Shown here: positions 34,925-42,133 of the stretch, piece after piece | Layout: every line of letters begins with the position of its first letter | How positions within the stretch are numbered: the first letter of the stretch is position 1 | Assembly: GCA_035640455.1 (NCBI GenBank) | Contig: DASQWB010000032.1 | Span: 7,189 to 71,188, forward strand | DNA from: Gaiellaceae bacterium | Lineage (GTDB): Bacteria; Actinomycetota; Thermoleophilia; Gaiellales; Gaiellaceae | Reading direction: 5' to 3' | DNA length: 64,000 nt | Notes under the pieces: model-generated | Told to the model about the DNA's origin: nothing | The model's input: only the letters and a program-made list of their open reading frames with translations | Databases searched by the model: none | Translations under genes and position numbers: made by a program

Positions 34925-36041
34925 CACTTCGCCGCGCGCGGCGAAGTGAGTCCTCCGAAATCGGGTGGATCCCCCGCCCACCGATTGTGAACCTCTGCCA
35001 GGAGGCTCGGACCGTCCCGCGCGGCGAAGTGAGTCTGGTGAGATCGGGTCGGGAGAGGGCGCGGGTGCCTCTGGATTCTCGCGCAGCTAGGAGGGATTGG
35101 CGCCGCGGGTCGGGCGCGCGGGTCGGGCGCGCGCGGCGAAGTGAGTCCTCCGAAATCCCCCTCCTAGCCGCACGGCTGCCGGGAGCGCGCAGGGCCCCGG
35201 CGAACCTCGCTGAGCCAGACCGTCCCGCGCGCGGCGAAGTGAGTCCGCCAGCCGCATGGCGTTCGGCGAGCCGCCCGGGCGGAAACGCTGCACGCGCTGT
35301 ACGACTCCGAGGTTTAGACTCCGGTTATGGACCTCACGCGTGTCCGGAATCGGACTCTCGTCTATTTCGGCATTGCCGAGGCCGAGGAAGTCGAGTTCCC
35401 CCAGCGCATCTCACCGTTCAAGAGCGGCTTGGGTGTCGTTGTGGGAGCGGTCGTCGCTGGAGTCTTGTTCGGGCTCGTCGAGCGCGACGTCACTGAGGGC
35501 GTGGTCGTTGGCGGAATCTGGCTCGGCCTGATGACTATCCGCTCGGCCTTGGCTCATCACCGCGCCAGACAAGACAAGATGAGCCGAACTCGCTCCTAGG
35601 TCAAAGCGGTAAGCAGCCGCAGCGCGCATCGCGAGCGCCGCCGTTGGGGTAAAACAATCGCGAACGTGGGGTAGCCCGCTCAGCGGCTCAACCGGCAGGG
35701 CGCATGGCTACTGGCCTTACAGCGTTGCGCCAATCCCTCCTAGAAGCGTGTTCGTGCCCATTCAGATAGGCGCCAGAGCCCCGGCGAGCCTCGCTGAGCC
35801 AGACCGTCCCGCGCGCGGCGAAGTGAGTCCGTTGAGATCGGGCCCGGGGAGAGCGCGGGTGCTTCGCTCGACGCCTTCACGGCACGTTCAGCACTCGCGA
35901 CGCTCGACGCCCTCGATCTCGTTGATCAGTCGCTCGTCTCCTGTTCGGGGAGAGCGCGCAGAGCCCCGGCAAACCTCGCTGAGTCAGACCGTCCCGCGCG
36001 CGGCGAAGTGAGTCCGTTGAGATCGGTCGGGGAGAGCGCCC
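34925..36041 (+). repeat. field of six dispersed direct repeats sharing the core CGCGCGGCGAAGTGAGTC
   Basis: Cores lie near 34935, 35019, 35131, 35227, 35811 and 35997. The two longest copies (35776-35861 and 35947-36041) are about 90 bp and nearly identical. The first copy is a perfect 24-bp palindrome (34925-34948). Confidence 0.6.
35327..35599 (+). CDS. possible small two-TM membrane protein
   Basis: 90 aa with GLGVVVGAVVAGVLFGLV and VVVGGIWLGLMTI. No clear SD. It lies inside the TIR-bounded segment 35087-35743. Confidence 0.3.
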   Translation: MDLTRVRNRTLVYFGIAEAEEVEFPQRISPFKSGLGVVVGAVVAGVLFGLVERDVTEGVVVGGIWLGLMTIRSALAHHRARQDKMSRTRS

Positions 36042-36236
36042 GAGTGCACTGAGGTCGCCGAGATCGCCGGAGTCGCGAAGCGTACGGCGCTCACATACGC
36101 CCGCAGACCCGACTTTCTGCGTCCGCTCGACAGGCTGGCGTCCGGCCCAGTCTGGCGCCGTAGCGCCGTCGAGAAGTGGGCGAGGAAGACCCTGCCGTTG
36201 CCGGTCGGTCGGCCCGCGAAGAAGAGGAGGCACTGA
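36042..36236 (+). pseudogene. excisionase/AlpA-like HTH DNA-binding ORF without a canonical start
   Basis: Own translation: TEVAEIAGVAKRTALTYARRPDFLRPLDRLASGPVWRRSAVEKWARKTLPLPVGRPAKKRRH*. The frame is open from 36021 with no ATG/GTG/TTG before the HTH. It ends 4 nt before the int ATG. Confidence 0.45.
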
Positions 36237-36239
36237 GCA

Positions 36240-37475
36240 ATGGCACCACCCCTGCGAGGTTCAATCATCGAGCATCGCCGCAAACGCGGAACCGTGTACT
36301 CGGCCCGCTTTCGCGCCTATGGGAAGCGGCGTCTCGTTGTCCTAGACAAGACGACACGCGCCGAGGCCGAGACGGAACTCCAGAACATCATCGCCGACGT
36401 GCGCCGAGGCATCTGGCGTCCAAGAGAGCGCACCCCCGTTCCCGTCGAGGCGACGGAGGAAGAGCCGACCTTCCACGTCTTCGCGTCCGAGTGGCTGGAG
36501 GAGCATCGCCTCGGGTTGCGGCCGCGCAGCGTGGAGGCGCTCAAGTGGGCGCTGACCTATCACCTGCTGCCGTATTTCGCGCATCACAAGCTGTCGGCGA
36601 TCACGCGGCGCGAGGTTGATCGCTACCGGCGAGGCAAGCTCCGCGAGCGCGAGGAGGGCCTCGTTCCGCGCCCGCTCTCGGATCGCTGCATCAACAAGAC
36701 GATCTCGATCCTTGCGCAGATCCTCGACGACGCGATCGAGGCGGACCTGATCGAGACGAACCCGGCGCGCGGGAGGAAGCGGAGGCTCCGGGCGGGCAAG
36801 CCGAGCAGGAACATCCTCGAACTGGACGAGGTGCGCGCCCTCCTCGCCGCGGCAGGCGCGGACCGGGCGCTGCTAGCGACGATGATCTACGGCGGGCTCC
36901 GCATCGGCGAGCTCCTCGCACTGGAATGGCGCGACGTCGATCTCGCCAATCGCCAGATGCACGTGCGGCACGCGAAGACAGACGCGGGCGAGCGCACCGT
37001 CGATCTCACGCCCGATCTCCACGACGACCTGCTCGCGCACAAGGCGACGACCCGCTTCGGCGGGCCCGACGATCTCGTCTTCCCGGCGGCGAGCGGCAAG
37101 CCGAACAACCGCAGCAACGTCCGCACGCGCATCCTTGCGGGGGCGATCGAGCGGGCGAACGCGAAGCTGGCCGAGGAGGGCAAGCCGCCGATCCAGTCCG
37201 GCGTCACGAACCACGCGCTGCGCCGGACGTTCGCCAGCCTGCTCTACGAGGCGGGGGAGAGCCCGCCGTATGTGATGGCGCAGATGGGCCACACGAGCGC
37301 TGCGCTCGCGCTTGAGGTGTACGCGAAGGTCATGCAGCGGAAGCGTGATAGCGGGGCGCGCATGGACGCGCTCGTCAGGGGCGCTGAATTGGCACCAAGT
37401 GGCACTAACGGTGGGAACGGCGAGGTTGCGCTTCCCGTGTCGGCCTCGGCCGTGCCGCCGGAAAGCGCCGATTAG
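36240..37475 (+). CDS. int: tyrosine-type site-specific recombinase (phage/ICE integrase)
   Basis: 411 aa with a SAM-like N-domain and a catalytic region (GLRIGELLALEWRDVD...HALRRTFASLL...GHTSAALALEVYA). Confidence 0.9.
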   Translation: MAPPLRGSIIEHRRKRGTVYSARFRAYGKRRLVVLDKTTRAEAETELQNIIADVRRGIWRPRERTPVPVEATEEEPTFHVFASEWLEEHRLGLRPRSVEALKWALTYHLLPYFAHHKLSAITRREVDRYRRGKLREREEGLVPRPLSDRCINKTISILAQILDDAIEADLIETNPARGRKRRLRAGKPSRNILELDEVRALLAAAGADRALLATMIYGGLRIGELLALEWRDVDLANRQMHVRHAKTDAGERTVDLTPDLHDDLLAHKATTRFGGPDDLVFPAASGKPNNRSNVRTRILAGAIERANAKLAEEGKPPIQSGVTNHALRRTFASLLYEAGESPPYVMAQMGHTSAALALEVYAKVMQRKRDSGARMDALVRGAELAPSGTNGGNGEVALPVSASAVPPESAD

Positions 37476-37489
37476 CAACGCGTTCTTGA

Positions 37490-37562
37490 TGGGCGGTGCT
37501 GGGCTCGAACCAGCGACCTCCTGCTTGTAAGGCAGGCGCTCTCCCAGCTGAGCTAACCGCCC
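37490..37562 (-). tRNA. tRNA-Val(TAC): tRNA-Val (anticodon TAC)
   Basis: rc: GGGCGGTTAGCTCAGCTGGGAGAGCGCCTGCCTTACAAGCAGGAGGTCGCTGGTTCGAGCCCAGCACCGCCCA. Cloverleaf checked by hand; anticodon loop CTTACAA. Confidence 0.9.
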
Positions 37563-37638
37563 TGGTGCCCCCAGCGGGATTCGAACCCGCGCTACGGCCT
37601 TGAAAGGGCCGTGACCTGGGCCGCTAGTCGATGGGGGC
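37563..37638 (-). tRNA. tRNA-Glu(TTC): tRNA-Glu (anticodon TTC), CCA encoded
   Basis: rc: GCCCCCATCGACTAGCGGCCCAGGTCACGGCCCTTTCAAGGCCGTAGCGCGGGTTCGAATCCCGCTGGGGGCACCA. Confidence 0.9.
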
Positions 37639-37690
37639 GGCCGGGCAAGAATAGCCGCCTCCGGCGGGACGACCTGCGAGACTTCCTGCC

Positions 37691-38020
37691 GTGACGGAGC
37701 TTCCCCCGGAGGCCGAGCAGCACGGCATCGCGCCGGCCGTCGAGCCCGAGCCCGGCACGATCGTCGAGACGCGCGAGGAGCGGATCGCCCACCGGCGGCG
37801 CCAGCAGCGCCTCTACGCGTGGGCGTTCCTGCTCGTCGCGTTCCTCGTCGTCCTCGTCGCGCTCGTCGTCGCGAACACGCGCAGCGTGAAGATCAGCTGG
37901 GTCGTCGGCTCGACGCGCACGTCGCTGATCTGGATCATCATCGTCTCCGCCGTCCTCGGCTGGCTCAGCGGGGTCGTCACGAGCCTGCTGTTCGGCCGCC
38001 GCAGGCGCCGCGCGCGCTGA
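37691..38020 (+). CDS. LapA/DUF1049-like small membrane protein
   Basis: 109 aa with two TM helices (YAWAFLLVAFLVVLVALVVA and LIWIIIVSAVLGWLSGVV) and a basic tail. Confidence 0.55.
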   Translation: MTELPPEAEQHGIAPAVEPEPGTIVETREERIAHRRRQQRLYAWAFLLVAFLVVLVALVVANTRSVKISWVVGSTRTSLIWIIIVSAVLGWLSGVVTSLLFGRRRRRAR

Positions 38021-38038
38021 TTCCTATACTCGGCTGCG

Positions 38039-38110
38039 GGGCCGGTAGCTCAGTGGTAGAGCAGGGGACTTTTAATCCCAAGGCCGCAGGTTCGAATCCT
38101 GCCCGGCCCA
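38039..38110 (+). tRNA. tRNA-Lys(TTT): tRNA-Lys (anticodon TTT)
   Basis: GGGCCGGTAGCTCAGTGGTAGAGCAGGGGACTTTTAATCCCAAGGCCGCAGGTTCGAATCCTGCCCGGCCCA. Confidence 0.9.
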
Positions 38111-38117
38111 CCTAGGA

Positions 38118-39279
38118 TGGACTGTCACCGAGTGGTCCCGACACTCGGGCCTTTCTTCTTGAGCTGGTAGGCGTGGACGGCGCCCGTCAGAGCGCCGTCC
38201 GGTTTTCGGCTCACGCTCGCCTTCGACCACCACGTCGGAAGGAGAGGAGTGCGCCGCATGTCGGAGGATGACGTGTTGTTCGGCTACCGGTTACGTGTGC
38301 TTGACCACGCCGGTCGCACCTCGGTGAGTGAGGCCTGTCGGGTGTTCGGGATCCATCGTTCGACCTACTACGTCTGGAAGCGGCGGGCGGAGCGGCATGG
38401 GCTCGAGATCCTGCGTCCACGGGAGCGGCGCAGGCCGCGGATGCCGCAGCAGTTCTCTCCATTCGTTGAGGAGCGGATCGTCGCTTTCGCGCTCGGGCAT
38501 CCCGGGCTCGGCCCGGGGCGGATCGCGGCGGAGCTGCGCAAGCCGCGCTGGGGCGGCATCGTCGTCTCGCACAACGGCGTTTGGCGCTGTCTGCGACGCC
38601 ACGGGCTCAACACGCGTGCCAAGCGGCTCTCGCTCGTCGCGGGCTACGCCGCGCCCTACGAGCCGCCGCGGCAGCCAGAGCCGGAGCGGCATGTCGAGGC
38701 CGAGCGACCCGGTGAGCTGGTGGGGATGGACTGCTTCTTTGTCGGCAGGCTCGCCGGCTCCAAGGGCTCGGTCTGGCAGCTGACCGCGATCGACGTCGCC
38801 TCCAGCTACGCCGGGGCCGAGCTCGTCACCTGCCCGAAGGGAAACCCGACCGGCCGGCAAGCCTCGAAGCTCGCCCGGCGCGTCGCGGCCGAGCTGCAAG
38901 CCGCCGGCTGGCGGCTCGAGCGCGTGCTCACCGACAACGGTGGCGAGTTCCGCTCAACCGACTTCCGCGACACGCTCGCCAGCCTCGGCACCCGGCACAC
39001 GCTGATCCGCGCCGGCCGGCCGCAGACGAACGGCGCAGTCGAAGCGCTGCACAAGACGATCCTCGACGAATGCTGGCGCCCCGCCTTCGCCCGCTACCTG
39101 CACGTTCGCTTCACCGGCCTGAAGCGCGACCTCGACGCCTACCTCCGCTACTACGACGACGAGCGCGCCCACACCGGCCGCCTCACCCGCGGTCGCATCC
39201 CCGCCGAGATCGTCTACGGTGCCCGCAAGGTGAGAGCGAGATGAGCCGAAACTGTCGGCACATCTCGGTGACGATCCAA
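38118..39279 (+). mobile_element. IS481-family insertion sequence (about 1.16 kb)
   Basis: Imperfect terminal IRs: TGGACTGTCACCGAG... on the left and the rc of the right end, TTGGATCGTCACCGAG... Flanked by direct repeat CCTAGGA (38111-38117 and 39280-39286). Single DDE transposase ORF. Confidence 0.8.
38249..39244 (+). CDS. IS481-family DDE transposase (HTH plus rve integrase core)
   Basis: 331 aa with SVSEACRVFGIHRSTYYVWKRR, WQLTAIDVASSY, TDNGGEF and RPQTNGAVEALHKT. Confidence 0.85.
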   Translation: MRRMSEDDVLFGYRLRVLDHAGRTSVSEACRVFGIHRSTYYVWKRRAERHGLEILRPRERRRPRMPQQFSPFVEERIVAFALGHPGLGPGRIAAELRKPRWGGIVVSHNGVWRCLRRHGLNTRAKRLSLVAGYAAPYEPPRQPEPERHVEAERPGELVGMDCFFVGRLAGSKGSVWQLTAIDVASSYAGAELVTCPKGNPTGRQASKLARRVAAELQAAGWRLERVLTDNGGEFRSTDFRDTLASLGTRHTLIRAGRPQTNGAVEALHKTILDECWRPAFARYLHVRFTGLKRDLDAYLRYYDDERAHTGRLTRGRIPAEIVYGARKVRAR

Positions 39280-39280
39280 C

Positions 39281-39449
39281 CTAGGAGGGATTGGCGGAAC
39301 ATCGCTTGTGCCGCCCGAAGCGCGCTGCTCGTCCCGATGCGGCGTCCTCAGTCGCGCCGATAGCGCTGCTATCGACGCTCCCTGCGTCCTTGCCTCGCAA
39401 CGAGCATCACGCTCCGTGCGACGAACGACGTTCCGCCAATCCCTCCTAG
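39281..39449 (-). repeat. family-1 long-hairpin element, copy A
   Basis: Perfect 20-bp terminal inverted repeat CTAGGAGGGATTGGCGGAAC. The core, about 95 bp, is nearly identical to the rc of copy B. Before the IS insertion it abutted the tRNA-Lys 3' end. Confidence 0.65.
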
Positions 39450-39787
39450 CAGGGCTCGTTGGCCCAGCCGAGAAGCTTCCACTCCCCCTCGCGGCGCACG
39501 AACAGGCGAAGGTTGTGGAACTCTCGGCCCTCGACCGCGACGATGCACTTGACGATCGCTCGATCTCCGTAGACCTCGATCGGCTCGACGATGCGGGTGG
39601 CGCGAGCGCTGCCCGCCTTGACCTTCTGGAGGAAGGCGACCTGATCGTCGACGGTTCGGGACTCGTCCGCTCGCTGAAACGCGAGTCGGGGCGCAAGGAT
39701 CGTGGAGAGCCAGTCGCGGTCGCCGCTGCTCTCGGCCGCGCCGATCCTCTCGTTCAGCTCCCTGAGCGCCAGCTCGTCAGCGCTCAC
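39446..39787 (-). CDS. NTF2-like (DUF4440/SnoaL-like) protein
   Basis: 113 aa; the fold assignment is by pattern only. Its stop codon is the TAG inside the terminal CTAG of element A. Confidence 0.55.
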   Translation of the reverse strand: MSADELALRELNERIGAAESSGDRDWLSTILAPRLAFQRADESRTVDDQVAFLQKVKAGSARATRIVEPIEVYGDRAIVKCIVAVEGREFHNLRLFVRREGEWKLLGWANEPC

Positions 39788-39856
39788 GGCTTACACCCCC
39801 CGATCGTGATCCAACCATCTTGCCAGGTCTCCTCGCCGGGCTAGTCGGGCTCACCT

Positions 39857-41116
39857 CTAGCCACGGAACTCGTAGGCGCCAATGTCCGGCGCGGGTTCGC
39901 GCGGGCGGCCCGTGATGTCTCTCGTCGGGGCCCAGCGACGGCTCGCCTGGTCGATCAGGAGCGCCGACTTCGCCGTCGGCCGCCCTAGAGCGTCCAGGTC
40001 GGCCGGCCCGACGACATCCGACGACGTGCATGCCTGACCCCGCAGGACGACGTTCGCCACGAACACCCGCGCCGCGTCGCAGACCGGCCATCGCTGCCCC
40101 AGCAGCGCGATCACGTTGTTCGCAACGACAGGCCGCAGCCGGCGAGGGACGTCGCCGTAGAGCGAGCTGACGCGAATCGAGCCCTCGTAGCCGTCGCGCC
40201 GCCTGGCGCCGGTGAGGATCGTGTTGTTCACGATCTTCACGTCGTGTGGAAGCCGTCGCGTCCCGCGGCTGCCGACGACGATCGCGACGCGGGCGTGGTA
40301 GCCGGGAACACGCCGATCCGTGCCGACGAAGACGTTGTTCACGATCGTCGCGTGGTCGATCGCGTTCGTGAGGTAGAGCTGCGCGCCGCCGCTCCGGTAG
40401 ACGCCGAAGCGGTTGCCCTCCACCCGCAGCCGGCGACCCAGGAAGAGCTCGACGAGGTCCTGGTGGCCGCACCGGTAGCGGCCCAGAGCGCACGGCAACG
40501 TCCGCTCGAACCGGTTGTGCCTGATCGTCAGGTCCGAGCCGAAGCGGCCGTGGAGGAAGTCGCACCCGTAGCAGTCGCGGAACCAGTTGTCCTCGAGGGT
40601 GATGCGCCTCGACCACCGGTACAGGAGCACGCAGTTCGCAAACTCGATCGACCGGTCGCCGCAGTGCGTGAACGTGCTCCGCCGGATCGTGACGTCGTGC
40701 GGGTCGGGCAGCAGGATCGACGCCGAGTACGGAGTCCCTCGCGCCGTGACGACGAGGTCGTGGAGGTCGATCCACGCCGAGGTCCTGACCTCGACGAGCG
40801 CGTCCTGGACGCGCGGGAAGATCGCCAGCCGGCCCAGCGAGACGTGCTGCGTGTGGTCGAGGAGGATCCGCTCCACCCACACGCCCGGGCTCCCGACGAC
40901 GTCGAGCGGGCGGGACGACCGCGGTGGGATGACGAGATCGCCGTAGCTCCCCGGCAGCAGGACGACGGTCCCGCCCGAGTCGCGCAGGGCCGAGACCGCC
41001 GCCTGGAACTCCCCCGCACTCCGGACGGTGAGCGCGAGCGAGCGCGGCCGAGCCGCGGGCGCAGCCGCGAGCACGACGAGGGCGAGGGCCGCGGCCAGTG
41101 CCGACCGGATTAGCAT
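39857..41116 (-). CDS. secreted right-handed parallel beta-helix repeat protein
   Basis: Signal peptide MLIRSALAAALALVVLAAAPAARP and repeated NN(V/T)(F/I/L) turns (IVNNVF, IVNNTIL, VANNVI). Confidence 0.7.
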   Translation of the reverse strand: MLIRSALAAALALVVLAAAPAARPRSLALTVRSAGEFQAAVSALRDSGGTVVLLPGSYGDLVIPPRSSRPLDVVGSPGVWVERILLDHTQHVSLGRLAIFPRVQDALVEVRTSAWIDLHDLVVTARGTPYSASILLPDPHDVTIRRSTFTHCGDRSIEFANCVLLYRWSRRITLEDNWFRDCYGCDFLHGRFGSDLTIRHNRFERTLPCALGRYRCGHQDLVELFLGRRLRVEGNRFGVYRSGGAQLYLTNAIDHATIVNNVFVGTDRRVPGYHARVAIVVGSRGTRRLPHDVKIVNNTILTGARRRDGYEGSIRVSSLYGDVPRRLRPVVANNVIALLGQRWPVCDAARVFVANVVLRGQACTSSDVVGPADLDALGRPTAKSALLIDQASRRWAPTRDITGRPREPAPDIGAYEFRG

Positions 41117-41122
41117 CCGCGC

Positions 41123-42133
41123 ATGGTGTCACCGTCCGCGGTCGGCCTGCAGCCTGCGCTTCGCCGGTGCTGGCACCCTGTCGCGTTCGGGCGCGACCTC
41201 GAGCAGGGGCCGCTTGCCGCGCGCCTGCTCGACGAGCCGCTCGTGCTGTGGCGCGACTCCGCCGGCACCGCCCGCGCGTTCTCGGACCTCTGCATCCACC
41301 GCGGGACGGCACTCTCGCTCGGCACGGTGGAGGAGGACGAGATTATCTGCCCCTACCACGGCTGGCGCTACGGCAGGGACGGCAGGTGCACGCTGATCCC
41401 GCAGCTCGAGGATCCCACGCGCGTGCCGGCGAAGGCCCGGGCCGAAGCATTCGGCTGCGTCGAGCGCTACGGCATGGTCTGGGTCGCGCTGGAGGAGCCG
41501 CGCTGGCCGCTGCCGGAGGTCCCCGAGCTCGAGTCGGACGAGTGGCGAACCGTGCTCTGCGGCCCCTACGAATGGCGATGCGACGCGTCGCGGCAGGTGG
41601 AGAACTTCACCGACTTCGGACACTTCCCGTTCGTCCACCCGGGCCTCCTCGGCGACCCGAGCCGGCCGGTCGTGCCGCGCCACGAGGTCGAGACCGACGG
41701 CCACGTGCTGCGCTACGAGATCGTCCGGCCGGAAGCGCCGAACACGGACGACTTCCCGGTGTTCGCCAACGAGGAGCGCGAACGGCCGGTGCGGCGGAAC
41801 CGCTACGAGCTGCACCTGCCGTACACGATCGTCCTGCGGCTCGGCTGGGGCGGGCGCGAAGGCATGGTCTACTTCTTCGCCTCGCAGCCGGTCGCGGGTG
41901 ATCGCTGCAGCGGCTACCTCGTGGTCGGACGGAACTACAACTTCGAGCAGCCCGACGAGCTGCTCGTCGAGTTCGAGAACGTGATCTTCGGCCAGGACCA
42001 GCGCGTCGTCGAGTCGCAGCGGCCCGAGCAGGTACCGTTCGACCTCGCGGCCGAGCTGCACATGAAGTTCGACGCCGTCGCCGTCGCCTATCGGCGGGCC
42101 ATGCGCGAGTCCGGGCTGGCGACGGCCGGCTGA
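41123..42133 (+). CDS. Rieske [2Fe-2S] non-haem-iron oxygenase, alpha-subunit type
   Basis: CIHRGTALS...CPYHGWRY Rieske motif and ENFTDFGHFPFVHP iron-site region. Confidence 0.8.
   Translation: MVSPSAVGLQPALRRCWHPVAFGRDLEQGPLAARLLDEPLVLWRDSAGTARAFSDLCIHRGTALSLGTVEEDEIICPYHGWRYGRDGRCTLIPQLEDPTRVPAKARAEAFGCVERYGMVWVALEEPRWPLPEVPELESDEWRTVLCGPYEWRCDASRQVENFTDFGHFPFVHPGLLGDPSRPVVPRHEVETDGHVLRYEIVRPEAPNTDDFPVFANEERERPVRRNRYELHLPYTIVLRLGWGGREGMVYFFASQPVAGDRCSGYLVVGRNYNFEQPDELLVEFENVIFGQDQRVVESQRPEQVPFDLAAELHMKFDAVAVAYRRAMRESGLATAG

Larger units (their letters stand above)
33886..37489. mobile_element. tRNA-Val-integrated islet (collagen-like gene, repeat field, xis-like remnant, integrase)
   Basis: Integrase lies next to the tRNA 3' end. 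A direct repeat of the tRNA 3' half sits at the far end. GC is lower than in the flanks. Confidence 0.7.

Noticed and set aside
34925-36041. A possible CRISPR array, given repeated units of about 20-90 bp in one orientation.
   Set aside because: Repeat lengths and spacings are irregular (about 80 to 580 bp). The units have extended similarity beyond a fixed repeat. No cas genes or leader are present. The first copy is a simple palindrome.
39308-39844. Track ORFs 39308..39844(+), 39214..39696(-), 52305..52856(-), 52336..53580(+) and 19437..20405(+), which share similar peptide stretches such as PCVLASQRASR and PCVLASERASR.
   Set aside because: The shared peptides are just translations of the family-1 DNA repeat, and the ORFs run antisense into real genes. 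They are not paralogous proteins.
42088-42133. Convergent gene overlaps (Rieske/histidine kinase 46 nt, FAD oxidoreductase/GT2 58 nt, Grx/HD-GYP remnant 35 nt) as possible antisense regulation.
   Set aside because: Such 3' overlaps are common in compact GC-rich genomes where stop codons are rare. The overlapping tails are low-complexity and probably not functionally significant.
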